Part shown: positions 1 to 11,900 of the stretch, in pieces
Position numbering within the stretch: the stretch's first letter is position 1
How the letters are laid out: each line of letters opens with the position of its first letter
Assembly: GCF_963921235.1 (NCBI RefSeq)
Contig: NC_086097.1
Location: 232,130,001-232,194,000, forward strand
Reading direction: 5' to 3'
Source of the DNA: Mobula hypostoma
Taxonomy: Eukaryota
DNA length: 64,000 nt
The notes under the pieces: generated by a model
Told to the model about the DNA's origin: nothing
Databases searched by the model: none
The model's input: the letters and a program-made list of their open reading frames with translations, nothing else
Translations under genes and position numbers: made by a program

Positions 1-1447
1 GACTAAAGTCATCACCTCTCTGGACATCTGAGGTTCTCAGTTTTCCATCTCTGCCCTTCTTTCTAACAGGAACATACCTCTCCTGTACTCTGTGCAATTG
101 CTCTTTAATCACCCTCCTGTCTGATGTGGACTTGCCAGAAAAAAGGTGTTCCCAATTAACTCTTCTTAGTTCCTGCCTAATGCCCTACTCCAATTTAAAA
201 CTCTTCCACTAGGACCATACCTATCCTTATCTATAGCTATCCTGGAAGTTAAGGAGTTGTGGCCATTGTTCCCAAACTGTTCACCTGGCCAGGCTCATTA
301 TCCAACAACAGGTCCAGTACAGCCCCTCCTCCTATTGGACCAACCACATGTTGATTTAAGGAACCCTCCTGGATAGACTTAACAAATTCTGCCTCATTTA
401 AACCCCTTCTAATAAGAAGATCCTAGTTTATATTAGGGAAGTTGACAAAAGCCCTGTTCTTTTTACACAATTCTGAACTCTGATGGCATATTTGTTCCTC
501 AGCGTCCCAGTGGATATTGCGGGGGGGGCGCGTGGTATAGTACAATCCTATCAATGTGATTGCACCCTTCCTAACCCTGAGTTCCACCCAAGTGGACTCA
601 GTGTCTGACCCCTCCATTAGGTCTCCCATGAGCACAGCTCTGACATTGTCCCTGTGAAATTATTAGTAGTGGAACTCCCAGCCCCCAGCCCCTTACCTCC
701 TTCTTTATCTTTTCTAAAACTTCGAAAACCTTGTACATCCCTCTCTCAGCCAGGTTTTAGTACAACATCATAGTTCCACGTACTGATCGATGCTCTAAAG
801 TTCATTACCCTTACCCAGAATATTCCTAGTGTTAAAATACACACCCGTCAAACTATCTGACTCATCATAGCTGTTAGTTCAACTTTGCTTTTCAATTCTT
901 TCCCTGACATTTACCTTCCAGTCTGAGCCTTCCCTTATTGACCTGGGGTTCCGGTTCCCAGGCCCCTGCAAAACTAACTGAAACTCTCCCGACAAGCATC
1001 AGCAAACCTCCCAGCCGGGATACTGGTTCCCCTCCAGTTCAGATGTATTTTCTCCCTCTTGTACAGGTCACCCCTTCCCCAGAAAAGGTTCCAATGATCC
1101 AAGAACTTGGAACTCCTGTCCCCTCATCTCCACGTCATTCTTATTCATCCATGCTACCACCCCATTGCTACCTGGACGAGCCCTTGATACTGGGAGTTAT
1201 CCGATGATTACTACCTTGGAGGTCCTTCTCTTCAGCCTTTTTCCTAACTGTATATACTTACTCTGTAGGACCTCTTCCCCTTTCCTGTCTCTGTTGTTGG
1301 TGCCAAAATGCACCACGACCTCTGGCAGTTCGCCCTCCCCCTTGGGAATATCCTGCAACCACTCTGATACGTCTTACACCTTCTGGGAGGTAACACACCA
1401 CCTTGATGTCTGTCTTGCAGCCACAGAATCTCCTTTCTGTCCCCTTA
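1..1447 (-). mobile_element. Decayed CR1 LINE (APE endonuclease region plus 3' part of ORF1); runs off the window start
   Basis: ORF 423-635 (WVELRVRKGAITLIGLYY..RPP..FPNIN) matches the CR1 endonuclease seen in other copies here. 900-1447 matches the ORF1 esterase region of the copy at 13200-13750. Confidence 0.85.
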
Positions 1448-1448
1448 A

Positions 1449-1901
1449 TTACAACAGTGCAACAATACCATAACTTGATGAAGAACAGACCATGGCACAG
1501 TAAAAAAGTTCAAAGTCTCTTGAATGTTCCACATCTCACACAGTCGGGAGAAGAGAAGAAAACTCTCCCTGCCATGCCCGACCACAGTCCGACTCTGAGT
1601 CGTCCAATCAGCCCTCCGACACCAAGTACCGAGCACCATCTCTATCCGAACGCTTCGACCCCAGCCTCGGTAGCCAGCAGCAGGCAAAGCCAAGGATTTT
1701 GGGGCCTTCCCTCCGGAGATTCTCGATCGCACAGTAACAGCGGCAGCGGAAGGGCGTTTCAGAAATTTCTCCAGATGTTCCTCTGTACTTTCACATCTGT
1801 CTCCATCAAATCAGAATTGTCCACGGCCCCTATTTAACAGATACGATATCATTTCACCGGAGAGCTGCGTGCGCTGCGTCGCGCTGCCACCTTCTCCTCC
1901 C
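1449..1901 (-). mobile_element. Family X non-tRNA SINE-like element, copy 1 (3' tail missing)
   Basis: Colinear with the copies at 25440, 44603, 46211 and 55011. The 5' end on the minus strand reads GGGAGGAGAAGGTGGCAGCGCGACGCAGC. Confidence 0.9.
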
Positions 1902-2079
1902 ATATCCCTCATTCTCTGCATTTTCATGTGCCTATCTAAGAGTCTGTTAAATCTCTCTATCTTATCTGTCCACCCTCACCACTGGTAGTACATTTGAGGC
2001 AGATGTCACCCTTCTATGTTAAAAATCTTCCTGCATACATGTCCTTTGAGCCTTCCGCCTCTAACCTTAAATACATGCT

Positions 2080-2512
2080 GTAGTTAAGTCTATGGTATTT
2101 GCTGTTGTGATGTATGGCTGTGAGAGCTGGACTATGAGTAAAACTGAACACAAAAGAATCAACGCCTTTGAACACAGATGCTGGCGGAAAGTGTTAAGCG
2201 TTCAATGAACAGCAAGAAGATCCAACAAATCAATACTTGAAGAAATTCAGACAGACTGCTCACTAGGAGGCTTGATTATGAGACTAAAGCTCAAATATTT
2301 TGGCCACGTTATGAGCAAAGAGGATTCCTTGGAGAAGATTCTCATGTTAGGTAAAACAGAAGGTAAAAGAAGGAGAGGATGACAGATAATGGATAGATAA
2401 TATTACTCAGACAATGCGTATGACCTTGGGGGAATCTTGGGGAGACAGCTTCAAACAAGAAAGCTTGGTGCGCAAGAGTCCATGAGGTCACTTAACGACT
2501 GAACAACAACAA
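2080..2512 (+). mobile_element. BovB-like RTE-clade LINE, 3' end
   Basis: Translates as VKSMVFAVVMYGCESWT..RINAFE..CWRKVL..ARRSNKSILEEI..LKLKYFGHVM..LEKILMLGKTEGKRRRG, the RTE/BovB C-terminus. Ends in TTAACGACTGAACAACAAC. Confidence 0.85.
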
Positions 2513-2694
2513 AAGTATTAGAAAACAAAATATCGTATTTAAGATGTTGTCCTTTGCACACTGGTTGCCCGCCCTATTGGTGCAGCCATTATAGTTATTG
2601 GATTTAGTGAGTGAAGTGGGACTGGCTCAGATGGGAAGCTTAGTTGTCGTGGACTGCCTGGGCGGGAGAGCCTATTTCCATGCTGTATGAATCT

Positions 2695-3065
2695 GTGGCC
2701 CCATCCCGGCCGTGCTTGCTGCTCACTGCTGCCATCAGGGGGTAAGTACAGGAACTTCAGGAACCACGCCACACCAACAGTTATTACCTCTCAACCATCA
2801 GGCTCCTGAACCAAAGGGATAACTTCACTTCACTCTCCCCATCATTGGAATGTAATAATGATTTCTTCTTTTCTTTCTTTTTGTATTTACACAGTTTGTT
2901 GCCTTTTGTACGTTGTTTTTTTTTGTCCTTTCTGTTGGGTGAAGTTCTTCATTGGTTCTGCTGTGTTTCTTGTATTTACTGTGATTGTCTGCATGAAAAC
3001 AAGTCTCGAGGTTGTATATGGTGAATTATATGTACTTTGATAATAAATTTACTTTGAACTTTGAA
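2695..3065 (+). mobile_element. Rex1/Babar-type LINE 3' fragment
   Basis: HP..LLSLLPSG..YR motif followed by the tail GTACTTTGATAATAAATTTACTTTGAACTTTGA, which recurs throughout the window. Confidence 0.75.
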
Positions 3066-3111
3066 GCTGGAAATCTAGGAAGTGTAAATTCAGATTTATT
3101 TATTTCATGTA

Positions 3112-3426
3112 TCATCAAAGCTTGTCACACCAGACAGCCAGCCACTCTAGTGTTGTTTGGTTGATGTTGAGCAGGTCAGTGTCAGCTAAATCAGGTGAGA
3201 GTGGGCAGTTGCGCAGAACGTGTTCAATGTTCTGCACCCTTTCGCCACACTCACATGATTCGCTGGTCTTTAAACCCCACTTCACTATATTGTCTCCTGT
3301 CCTACAAACTCCCGCTCTCTCTCTGTCGAGAGCGCACCACTTCCGTCTGTCAAGCAGTGCCTCGTCTGGTAACATTTCTGTGGGGTCTTGCACTGTATTG
3401 TTTGGTGGGGTTCTGGCTTCTGTTTG
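3112..3426 (-). mobile_element. Ingi/Vingi-like LINE 3' fragment with C-terminal zinc knuckle, inserted in a SINE tail
   Basis: ORF 3115-3438: WCALDRERAGVCRTGDNIVKWG..CECG..QNIEHVLRNCP. 9-bp TSD TTTCATGTA at 3103-3111 and 3427-3435. Confidence 0.7.
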
Positions 3427-3554
3427 TTTCATGTACATTGGAATATACAGTAAAATGTGTTTACATTAATGACCAACACACTCAACGGGCACAGCCAACA
3501 AGTGTCACCACACATACCTGCACCAGCATAGCGTGTCCAAAGTATCCAGTAAAA

Positions 3555-4075
3555 CTGCACGGTGGCAGACAGGAAGGCTCTACAACAGGTAGTCAAAACT
3601 GCCCAACGCATCACCGGCACCGTCCCACCTTCCACCATGACATATATACAGAAAGCAACCAGTAACATCATGAAGGATCCCACCCACCCCGCTCACGGAC
3701 TGTTCGTACTGCTCCCATCAAGGAGGAGGCTACGTAGCATCAACGCCAGGACCACCAGATTCAAAACCAGCTACTTTCCCCAAGCAGTAAGTCTGATCAA
3801 CACCTGCACCCAATGACCCACCCATCCACACCCCCAGCCACCACTACTTTGTCAATTCCTGTCAGTCACCTTACGTACAGATGCTTCTGTACTTAGCATC
3901 ACTGACAAACTATATATATAAGCTATCTCATGTACTTATATTTATTGTGTTTTATTACCATTGTGTTCCTTATCTCATTGTGTTTTGTTGTGCTACATCA
4001 GATCTGGAGTAACAATTATTTCTTTCTCCTTTACATTTCTGTACTGGAATTGACAGTGATCAATCTTGAATCTAT
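3555..4075 (+). mobile_element. Rex1/Babar LINE 3' fragment
   Basis: ORF 3562-3816: DRKALQQVVKTAQRITG..DPTHPAHGLFVLLPS.RRLRSI..RTTRFKTSYFPQAV. Confidence 0.85.
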
Positions 4076-4624
4076 ATATGCACTGTAAAATAATATAATT
4101 TAGAAATATTTCAAACTTGACTTCCTTAACTCTTTCTGATTCGCATTTATATTTAATGTTGTAATAGACTAGTACAATGCAATAGAAAAAATAGAAAGGA
4201 ATTTATCTTAATAAAAAAAAACAAGTTAAATATTGTACAGCAAGAGCAGAAGTGGGAGAGCAAGTGATTTATGACAACTTAAAACACTCCTTTTGTGATC
4301 TGGAACAACCGGAGCTGAATTTGCAATGAGACCACTTCCATAAATCAAATCTGCATTATATTGTCTATTGATAGCAATCATCAAATTGGAAGCAAATACT
4401 TAGAAAAATAGTTTGCTCTCCTTTTGACAAATGACAAAGAAAATTCCTTACACGCAGGCAGAAGTAATATTGTTGAGTTGTGAAATCAGCTCTTTCATGA
4501 GAAATAAGTAATGTATATTGCATTAAACTGCATATTAAGGTGCAAAACAAAGGGTCAAGGCACTTCCACAATAGACTTTTAAGATTAAAGAAGTTCCCTA
4601 CACTTACTAAGATACAGATGGGTG

Positions 4625-5212
4625 GTGGAGAGTATATTAAGTGGCTGCATCATAGCCTGGAATAGAAACACCAATCCCCTTGACCAGAAAATCCCACAAA
4701 AAGTAGTGGATACAGCCCAGTCCTACACGGGTAAGCCCTCCCCAGCACTGATCACATTTACAGGAAGCATTGTCACATGAAAGCAGCATCCACCACCCAG
4801 GCCATGCTCTTTTCTCACTGCTGCCATCAGGAAGACGGAACAGGAGCCTCTAGACTCATACCAGCAGGTTCAGGAATAAGGGGATAACTTCACTTAACTT
4901 TACTTGCCCCATCATTGAAATGTTCCCACAATCCATGGATACACTTTCAAAAGACTCTTTCTCTCGTGTTCTCTATAGTTATTGTTTATTTATTTATTTA
5001 CTATTCTTATTTCTTTCTTTTTGTATTTGCATAGGCACATGAATGTGAAGATTCTTTTGCATAGTGGTTGAACACGCAAGTCGGTGCCATCTTTCATTGA
5101 TGCTATTATTGTTATTATTCTAATAAGGATTTATTGAGAATGCCTGCAAGAAAATGAATCTCGGGGTTGTATATGGTGATAGACATATACTTTAATAATA
5201 AACTTTCTTTGA
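4625..5212 (+). mobile_element. Rex1/Babar-type LINE 3' fragment
   Basis: VESILSGCIIAW..QKVVDTAQS motif and the shared 3' tail. Confidence 0.8.
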
Positions 5213-5627
5213 GATAGGTCATTTGGAATGATGAGAAAGTGGCTGACGATTATAACAAATTTCTATCCCTTTATTGCAAGAGATTACATTGATGTCTTTG
5301 AGGATAACTTTAGTTTCTGGTAATAAAGTAAAATGAATGTCACCCCTGCTGGCTTTCTTGTAGAACATAGAACAGGGACAAGCCCTTCAACCCACAAAGT
5401 TGTGCTGAGCCAATTAAATAAGTAAGCTAATAGCTAACAAAACTAACCCGTTCTGCCTACACATTGTGTATATCCTTCCATTCATGTGCCTATTTAAACA
5501 TTTCTTAAATGTCCCTAATGTATCTGCTTCTTCCACCACCCCAGCAGCACATTCCAGCCAACCACTACTCTTTGTGTTAATCCTTTCCCCCAAATCTCCT
5601 TTTAAATTAACCCCTCTCACCTTAAAT

Positions 5628-6824
5628 AAAGACGCATACGTAAGGCTCCTTTTCATTGACGACAGCTCTGCCTTTAATACCATCATGCCAAATAAACTGA
5701 TTCCTAAGCTCCAGAACCTGGGCCTTAGCACTCAGATCTGCAGCTGGATCTTCAACTTCCTCACAGACAGGACCCAGGCTCTAAAAATAGGGGACAAGCT
5801 CTCCTCTACAATCACTCTGAGCACCGGTGCCCCACAAGGCTGTGTACTCAGCCCCCTGCTGTACTCACTGTACACCCATGATTGTGTAGCCAAGTTTCCA
5901 TTGAACTCAATATATAAGTTTGCTGATGACACAACAATTGTAGGCCGTATCTCGGGTAATGATGAGTTTGATTACAGAGAGGAAATTAAGAACCTGGCAG
6001 CATGGTGCGAAGACAATAACCTATCCCTCAACGTCAGCAAGATGAAGGAATTGGTTGTTGACTTCAGAAGGAGTAGTGGACCGCACGACCCAATTTACAT
6101 CGGTGGTGCAAAGTGGAACAGGTCAAAACTTTAAGTTCCTCGGGGTCAATATCACAAATGACCTGACTTGGACCAACCAAGCAGAGTCCACTGCCAAGAA
6201 GGCCCACCAGTGCCTTTACTTCCTGAGAAAACTAAAGAAATTTGGCCTGTCCCCTAAAACCCTCACTAATTTTTATAGATGCTCCATAGAAAGCATTCTT
6301 CTAGGGTGCATCACAACCTGGTATGGAATTTGTCCTGTCCAAGACCAAAAGAAGCTGCAGAAGATCGTGAACACAGCACAGCACATCACACAAACCAATC
6401 TTCCATCCTTGGACTCACTTTACACCGCACACTGTCGGGGCAGTGCTGCCAGGATAATCAAGGACACGACCCACCCAGCCAACACACTTTTTGTCCCTCT
6501 TCCCTCCGGGAGAAGGCTCAGGAGCTTGAAGACTCTTACGGCCAGATTTGGGAAAAGCTTCTTTCCAACTGTGATAAGACCGCTGAATGGATCCTGACCC
6601 GGATCAGGGCCGTACCCTCCAAATATCCAGACCTGCCTCTCGGTTTTTTTTGCACTACCTTACTTTCCATTTTCTATTTTCTATTTATGATTTATAATTT
6701 AAATTTTTAATATTTACTATCGATTTGTAATCCAGGGAGCAGGAAGCGCAGAGTCAAATATTGCTACGATGATTGTACGTTCTAGTATCAATTGTTTGGC
6801 GACAATAAAGTATAAAGTAAAGTA
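5628..6824 (+). mobile_element. Rex1/Babar LINE, 5'-truncated (RT C-half and tail)
   Basis: ORFs 5466-6134 ([24 protein letters not shown]) and 6055-6597, separated by one frameshift. TSD TAAAT at 5623-5627 and 6825-6829. Confidence 0.92.
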
Positions 6825-7531
6825 TAAATGCATGCCCGTTTATATTAGACATTTCAACCTTGGGAAAATATACTGTCTACTCTATATATGCCTCTCATAA
6901 TCTTATAAATCTCTATGAGATCTCGCCTCAGCCTCTGCCACTCCAGAGAAAACAACCCAAGTTTTTCCAAACTCTCGCTATAGCACATGCCCTCTAATCC
7001 AGGTGACATCCTGGTAAAACCTCTTCTGCATCCTCTTCAAAGACTCATCATCCTTCCTATAATTGGGTGACCAATACTCCAGATGCAGCCTAACGAGAGT
7101 TTTATAAAGCTGCAACATAACCTGCTGTCTTTTGAACTCGATGCCTTGATTAATAAAGGCAAACATGCCATATGACTTTCAAGGAGCAATAAACTTGAGC
7201 CACGAGATCGCTCTGCTCATCAAAAGTGTTAAGGATCTTGCTCTTAACAGTGTACTGTCTTCTCGCATTTGACCTACCAATGTGCAACTCCTTACATTTG
7301 GCTGGGTGAAACTCCATTTGCCATTTCTCCACCCATATCAACAACTGATCTATATCCCATTGTATTCTCAGCCAGTCCTTTACACTGTCCACAATGCTAC
7401 CAATCTTCATTTGCCAAGTTCCTAACCAACCCATCTACATTTTAGTCCAGGTCATTTATATACATCACGAACAGCAGAGGTCCCAGTACAGATCCTTGTG
7501 GAACATTTAATGCTGATCTCCCTATCTCCCA

Positions 7532-7734
7532 GCACAAAATAATCTGCAGATGCTAGGGTCAAAGCAACACTCACAACACACTGGAGGAACTCAGCAGGTC
7601 GGGCAGCATCTGTGGAAAAGATTGGTCGACGTTTCGGGCCGGAACCTGACGAAGGGTTCCGGCCCGAAATGTCGACCGATCTTTTCCACAGATGCTGCCC
7701 GACCTGCTGAGTTCCTCCAGCATGTTGTGAGTGT
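7532..7734. mobile_element. Palindromic (fold-back) Penelope-like pLTR derivative
   Basis: Inverted arms of about 80 bp (AACACTCACAACA..GGAGGAACTCAGCAGG.. / ..CCTGCTGAGTTCCTCC..TGTTGTGAGTGTT). 13-bp TSD TCCCTATCTCCCA at 7519-7531 and 7735-7747. Confidence 0.85.
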
Positions 7735-8927
7735 TCCCTATCTCCCACATCCTCCTTGGTAAATACTGATGTAAAATACTCATTAAGGACCTCACTCTCA
7801 TCCTCCTTTACCCCTGAGTGCTCCTCCCCTCTCCCTAAGTGTCCTCTTGTTCTTGCTATATGTATGGAATGCCTTGGGATTCTCTTTAATCCTGCTTACC
7901 AAGGGCTTTTCATGGCTCCTCCTGTCTTTCCTAATTTCCTTAAGTTCTTTTCTGGCCTACTTATAATCCTGAAGAGTGCTGTTTGGTTCTAGTTTTCTAA
8001 GCTTTGCATACTTTTCCCGATTTGATTCTTGATTAAATTCATCATCTCTATTAGCAGCTAAGGTTCTCTTACCTTTACATCCCTCTTCTTCCCTCTAACT
8101 GGAACATACCTGTCCTGTACTTTCTGCTTAAGTATCTGGAGGTACTTAAATATCCTCCGCATGTCAGATGTCGACTTGTTTATAAACGGCTATTCCCAAT
8201 TAACTCTCCCTAGTTCCTGCCAAATACTCTTGTAATTTGCCCTGCTCCAATTTAATACTCCTCCACAAGGGATATATTTAACCTTATCTATAGCTACCTT
8301 AAAATTTAAGGAGTTGTAGTCATTGTTCCCTCTCTAACCCACTGGCCAGGCTCATTAGTCAACAGCATGTCCAGTACAGCTTCTCCTCTTGTTGGACTAT
8401 CTACATATTGATTTAAGAAATCCTCCTGGATACACCGAACGAATTCTGCCCCATTTAAACCTCTTCCACTAAGAAGACCCATGTTTATGCGAGAAAGTTG
8501 AAGTCCCTCAATGTCAACAAACCTATTGTTTTACACCTTTACTAAATCTGCCTGCATATCTGTTCCTCGGTGTCCAGGTGTCTATTGGGAAGTTTGTAGT
8601 ACAATTCCATCAGAGTGCTTGCAAACTTTCTATTTTGAGTTCTGGCTACATAGACATCCTTCGTTGCTTACATAATTCATTTTAGGTTATATGTAAAAAT
8701 ACATGAATTGCATATATCACGACGTTCCCATGTGATACATGTGCGATCCAGTTGAAGTAATGGACGAGCTCTCCATTATGTCCCCTCTGATTACAGCTTT
8801 GGTACTGTCTCTGTTTAGTAGTGTAACTCCACCAGCTCTTACACCTCCCTCTCTATCTTTTCTAAAACTTCAAAGCCCCTGGGATATTAAGCACCTATTC
8901 CTGTCCCTCTCTCAACCACCTCTGTAA

Positions 8928-11900
8928 TAGAAACATAGAAAACCTACAGCACATTACAGTGAACAACATTATGCTGACCATGTAACCTACTCTAGAAGCT
9001 GCCTAAAATTCCCCTACCGCAAAGCCCTCTATTTTTCTAAGCTCTGTGTACCTAAGAGTCTTTTAAAAGACCCTATTGTATTCGCCTCTACCACCTTCAC
9101 TGGCAGTGCATGCCACGCACCCACCATTCTCAGTGTGAAAAACGTACCTCTGACATCCCCCTTGTACCTACTTCCAGGCACCTTAAAATGATGCCCCCTC
9201 ATGTTAGCCATTTCAGCCCTGGGAAAAAGCCTCTGACTATCCACACTGTCAATGCCTCTCATCATCTTATACACCTCTGTCAGGTCACCTCTCATCCTCC
9301 GTCACTCCAAGGAGAAAAGGCCAAATTCCCTCAACCTATTCTCATAAGGCATGCTCTCCAATCCAGGCAAAATCCTTGTAAATCTCCACTGCACTCTTTC
9401 TATAGTATCCACATCCTTCCTGTAATGAGGTGACTAGAACTGAACACAGTACTCCAAGTGGGCTCTAACTAAGGTCTTATATAGCTTTGAGTGTCCTATG
9501 GACATGGACCCCAAGATCTCACTGATCCTCCACACTGCTAAGAGTCTTACCATTAATATTATATTCTGTCTTCAAATTTGACCTACTAAAATGAACCACT
9601 TCACACTTATATGGGTTGTACTCCATCTGCCAATTCACAGCCTTGTTCTACATTCTATCGATGCCCTGCTGTAACCACTGATAACCCTCCAGACTATCCA
9701 CAACACCCCCAAACTTTTGTGTCATCAGCAAACTTACTAATCCACCCTTCTATTTCCTCATCCGGTCATTTATAAAAATCACCAAGAGAAGGGGTTCCAG
9801 AACAGATCCCTGAGGCACATCATTGGTCACCATCCTCCATGCGGAATACGAACCATCAACAACCACCCTTTGCCTTCTGTGGTCAAGCCATTTCTGGATC
9901 CACAAAACAAGATCTCTTTGGATCCCATGTCTTATTACTTTATGAACGAGCCTCACATGGGAACCTTATCAAATGCCTTACTGAATCCATATATACTACA
10001 TCCACTGCTCTACCTTCATCAAAGTGTTTTATCACATCCTCAAAGAATTCATTCAGGTTCATAAGGCATGACCTGCCCCTGGCAAAGCCATGTTGACTAT
10101 CCCTAATCAAATTATGTTTCTCCAAATGTTCATAAATCTTGCCTCTCAGAATCTTCTCCAACAACACCAGTGAGTATAGGAATAGAGTGAGGTGGAGGAT
10201 AAATGTGTGGCTGGGGGATTGGATGGCTCAGGGGCAGGAATGGTTACTTAGAGTGCCAGGCCTTACATGTTTCAGAAAGGACAGGGAGGAAGGCAAAAGA
10301 GGTGTGGGATGTGGCATAGTTGATCAGAGATAGTGTCATGGCTGCAAAAATGGAGGAAGACATAAAGGGATTGTCTATGGAGTCTCTGTGGGTGGAAGTT
10401 TGGAACAGGAAGGGGTCAATAACTCTACTGGGTGTTTTTTTATAGACCACCCAATAGTAACAGGGACATCAAGGAACAGATAGGGAGTCAGATTCTGGAA
10501 AGGTGTAATAATAACAGGATTTTTGTAGTGGGAGATTTTAATTTCCCAAATATCAATTGGCATGTCTCTAGAGCGAGGGGTTTAGATGGGGTGGAGTTTG
10601 TTCGGTGTGTTCAGGAAGATTTCTTGACACAATTTATAGATAAGCCTACAGGAGGAGAGGCTATACTTCATCTGGTATTAAGAAATGAACCTGGTCAGGT
10701 GTCAGATTTCTCAGTGGGAGAGCATTTTGGAGATAGTGATCACAATTCTATCTCCTTTACCATAGCATTTGAGAGGGATAGGAACAGACATGTTAGGAAA
10801 ATGTTTAATTGGAGTAAGGGGAAATATGAGGCTATCAGGCAGGAACTTGGAAGCATAAGCTGGGAACAGATGTTCTCAGGGAAATGTATGGAAGAAATGT
10901 GGCAAATGTTCAGGGGATATTTGCATGGAGTTCTGCATAGGTATGTTCCAATGAGACAGGGAAAGGATGGTAGGGTACAGGAACCATGGTGTAGAAAGGC
11001 TGTTGTAAATCTAGTCAAGAAGAAAAGAAGAACATATGAAAGGTTCAAAGAAACTAGGTAATGATAGAGATCTAGAAGATTATAAGGCTAGCAGGAAGGA
11101 GCTTCAGAAAGAAATTAGGAGAGCTAGAAGGGGCCATGAGAAGGCCTTGGCGGACAGGATTAAGGAAAACCCCAAGGCATTCTACAAGTAATTGAAGGGA
11201 AAGATGATAAGACATAAGAGAATAGGACCAATCAAGTGTGAAAATGTGTATGGAACCAGAAGAGATAGCAGAGGTACTTAATGAGTACTTTGCTTCAGTA
11301 TTCACTACGGAAAAGGATCTTGTCAATTGTAGGGATGACTTACAGAGGACTTGAAAGCTTGAGCATGTAGATATTAAGCAATAGGATGTGCTGGAGCTTT
11401 TGGAAAGCATCAAGTTGGGTAAGTCACCAGGACCGGACAAGATGTATCCCAGTTTACTGTGGGAGGCGAGGGAGGAGATTGCTGAATCTCTGGTGATAAT
11501 CTTGGCATCATTAATGGGGTTGCGGGAGGTTCCAGAGGATTGGAGGGTTGTGGATGTTGTTCCCTTGTTCAAGAAAGGGAGTAGGGATAGCCCAGGAAAC
11601 TATAGACCCGTGAGTCTTAATTCAGTGGTTGGTAAATTGATGGAGAGGATCCCGAGACGCAGGATTTATGAATATTTGGAGAGGCATAATTATAGTCAGC
11701 ATGGCTTTGTCAAAGGCATGTTGTGCTTCACGAGCCTGATTGAATTTTTTGAGGATGTGACTAAACACTTTGATGAAAGTAGAGCAGTAGATGTGGTGTA
11801 TATGGATCTCAGCAAGGCATTTGACAAGGTACCCCATGCAATGCTTATTGAGAAAATAAGGAGGCATGAGATCCAAGGGGACATTGATTTGTGGATCTAG

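Noticed and set aside
5466..6134. 222-aa ORF as an intact gene
   Set aside because: Antisense CR1 sequence is fused by insertion to a truncated Rex1 RT, which is frameshifted downstream.
7452..7801. Near-identical peptides predicted on opposite strands
   Set aside because: This is an artefact of the palindromic element.
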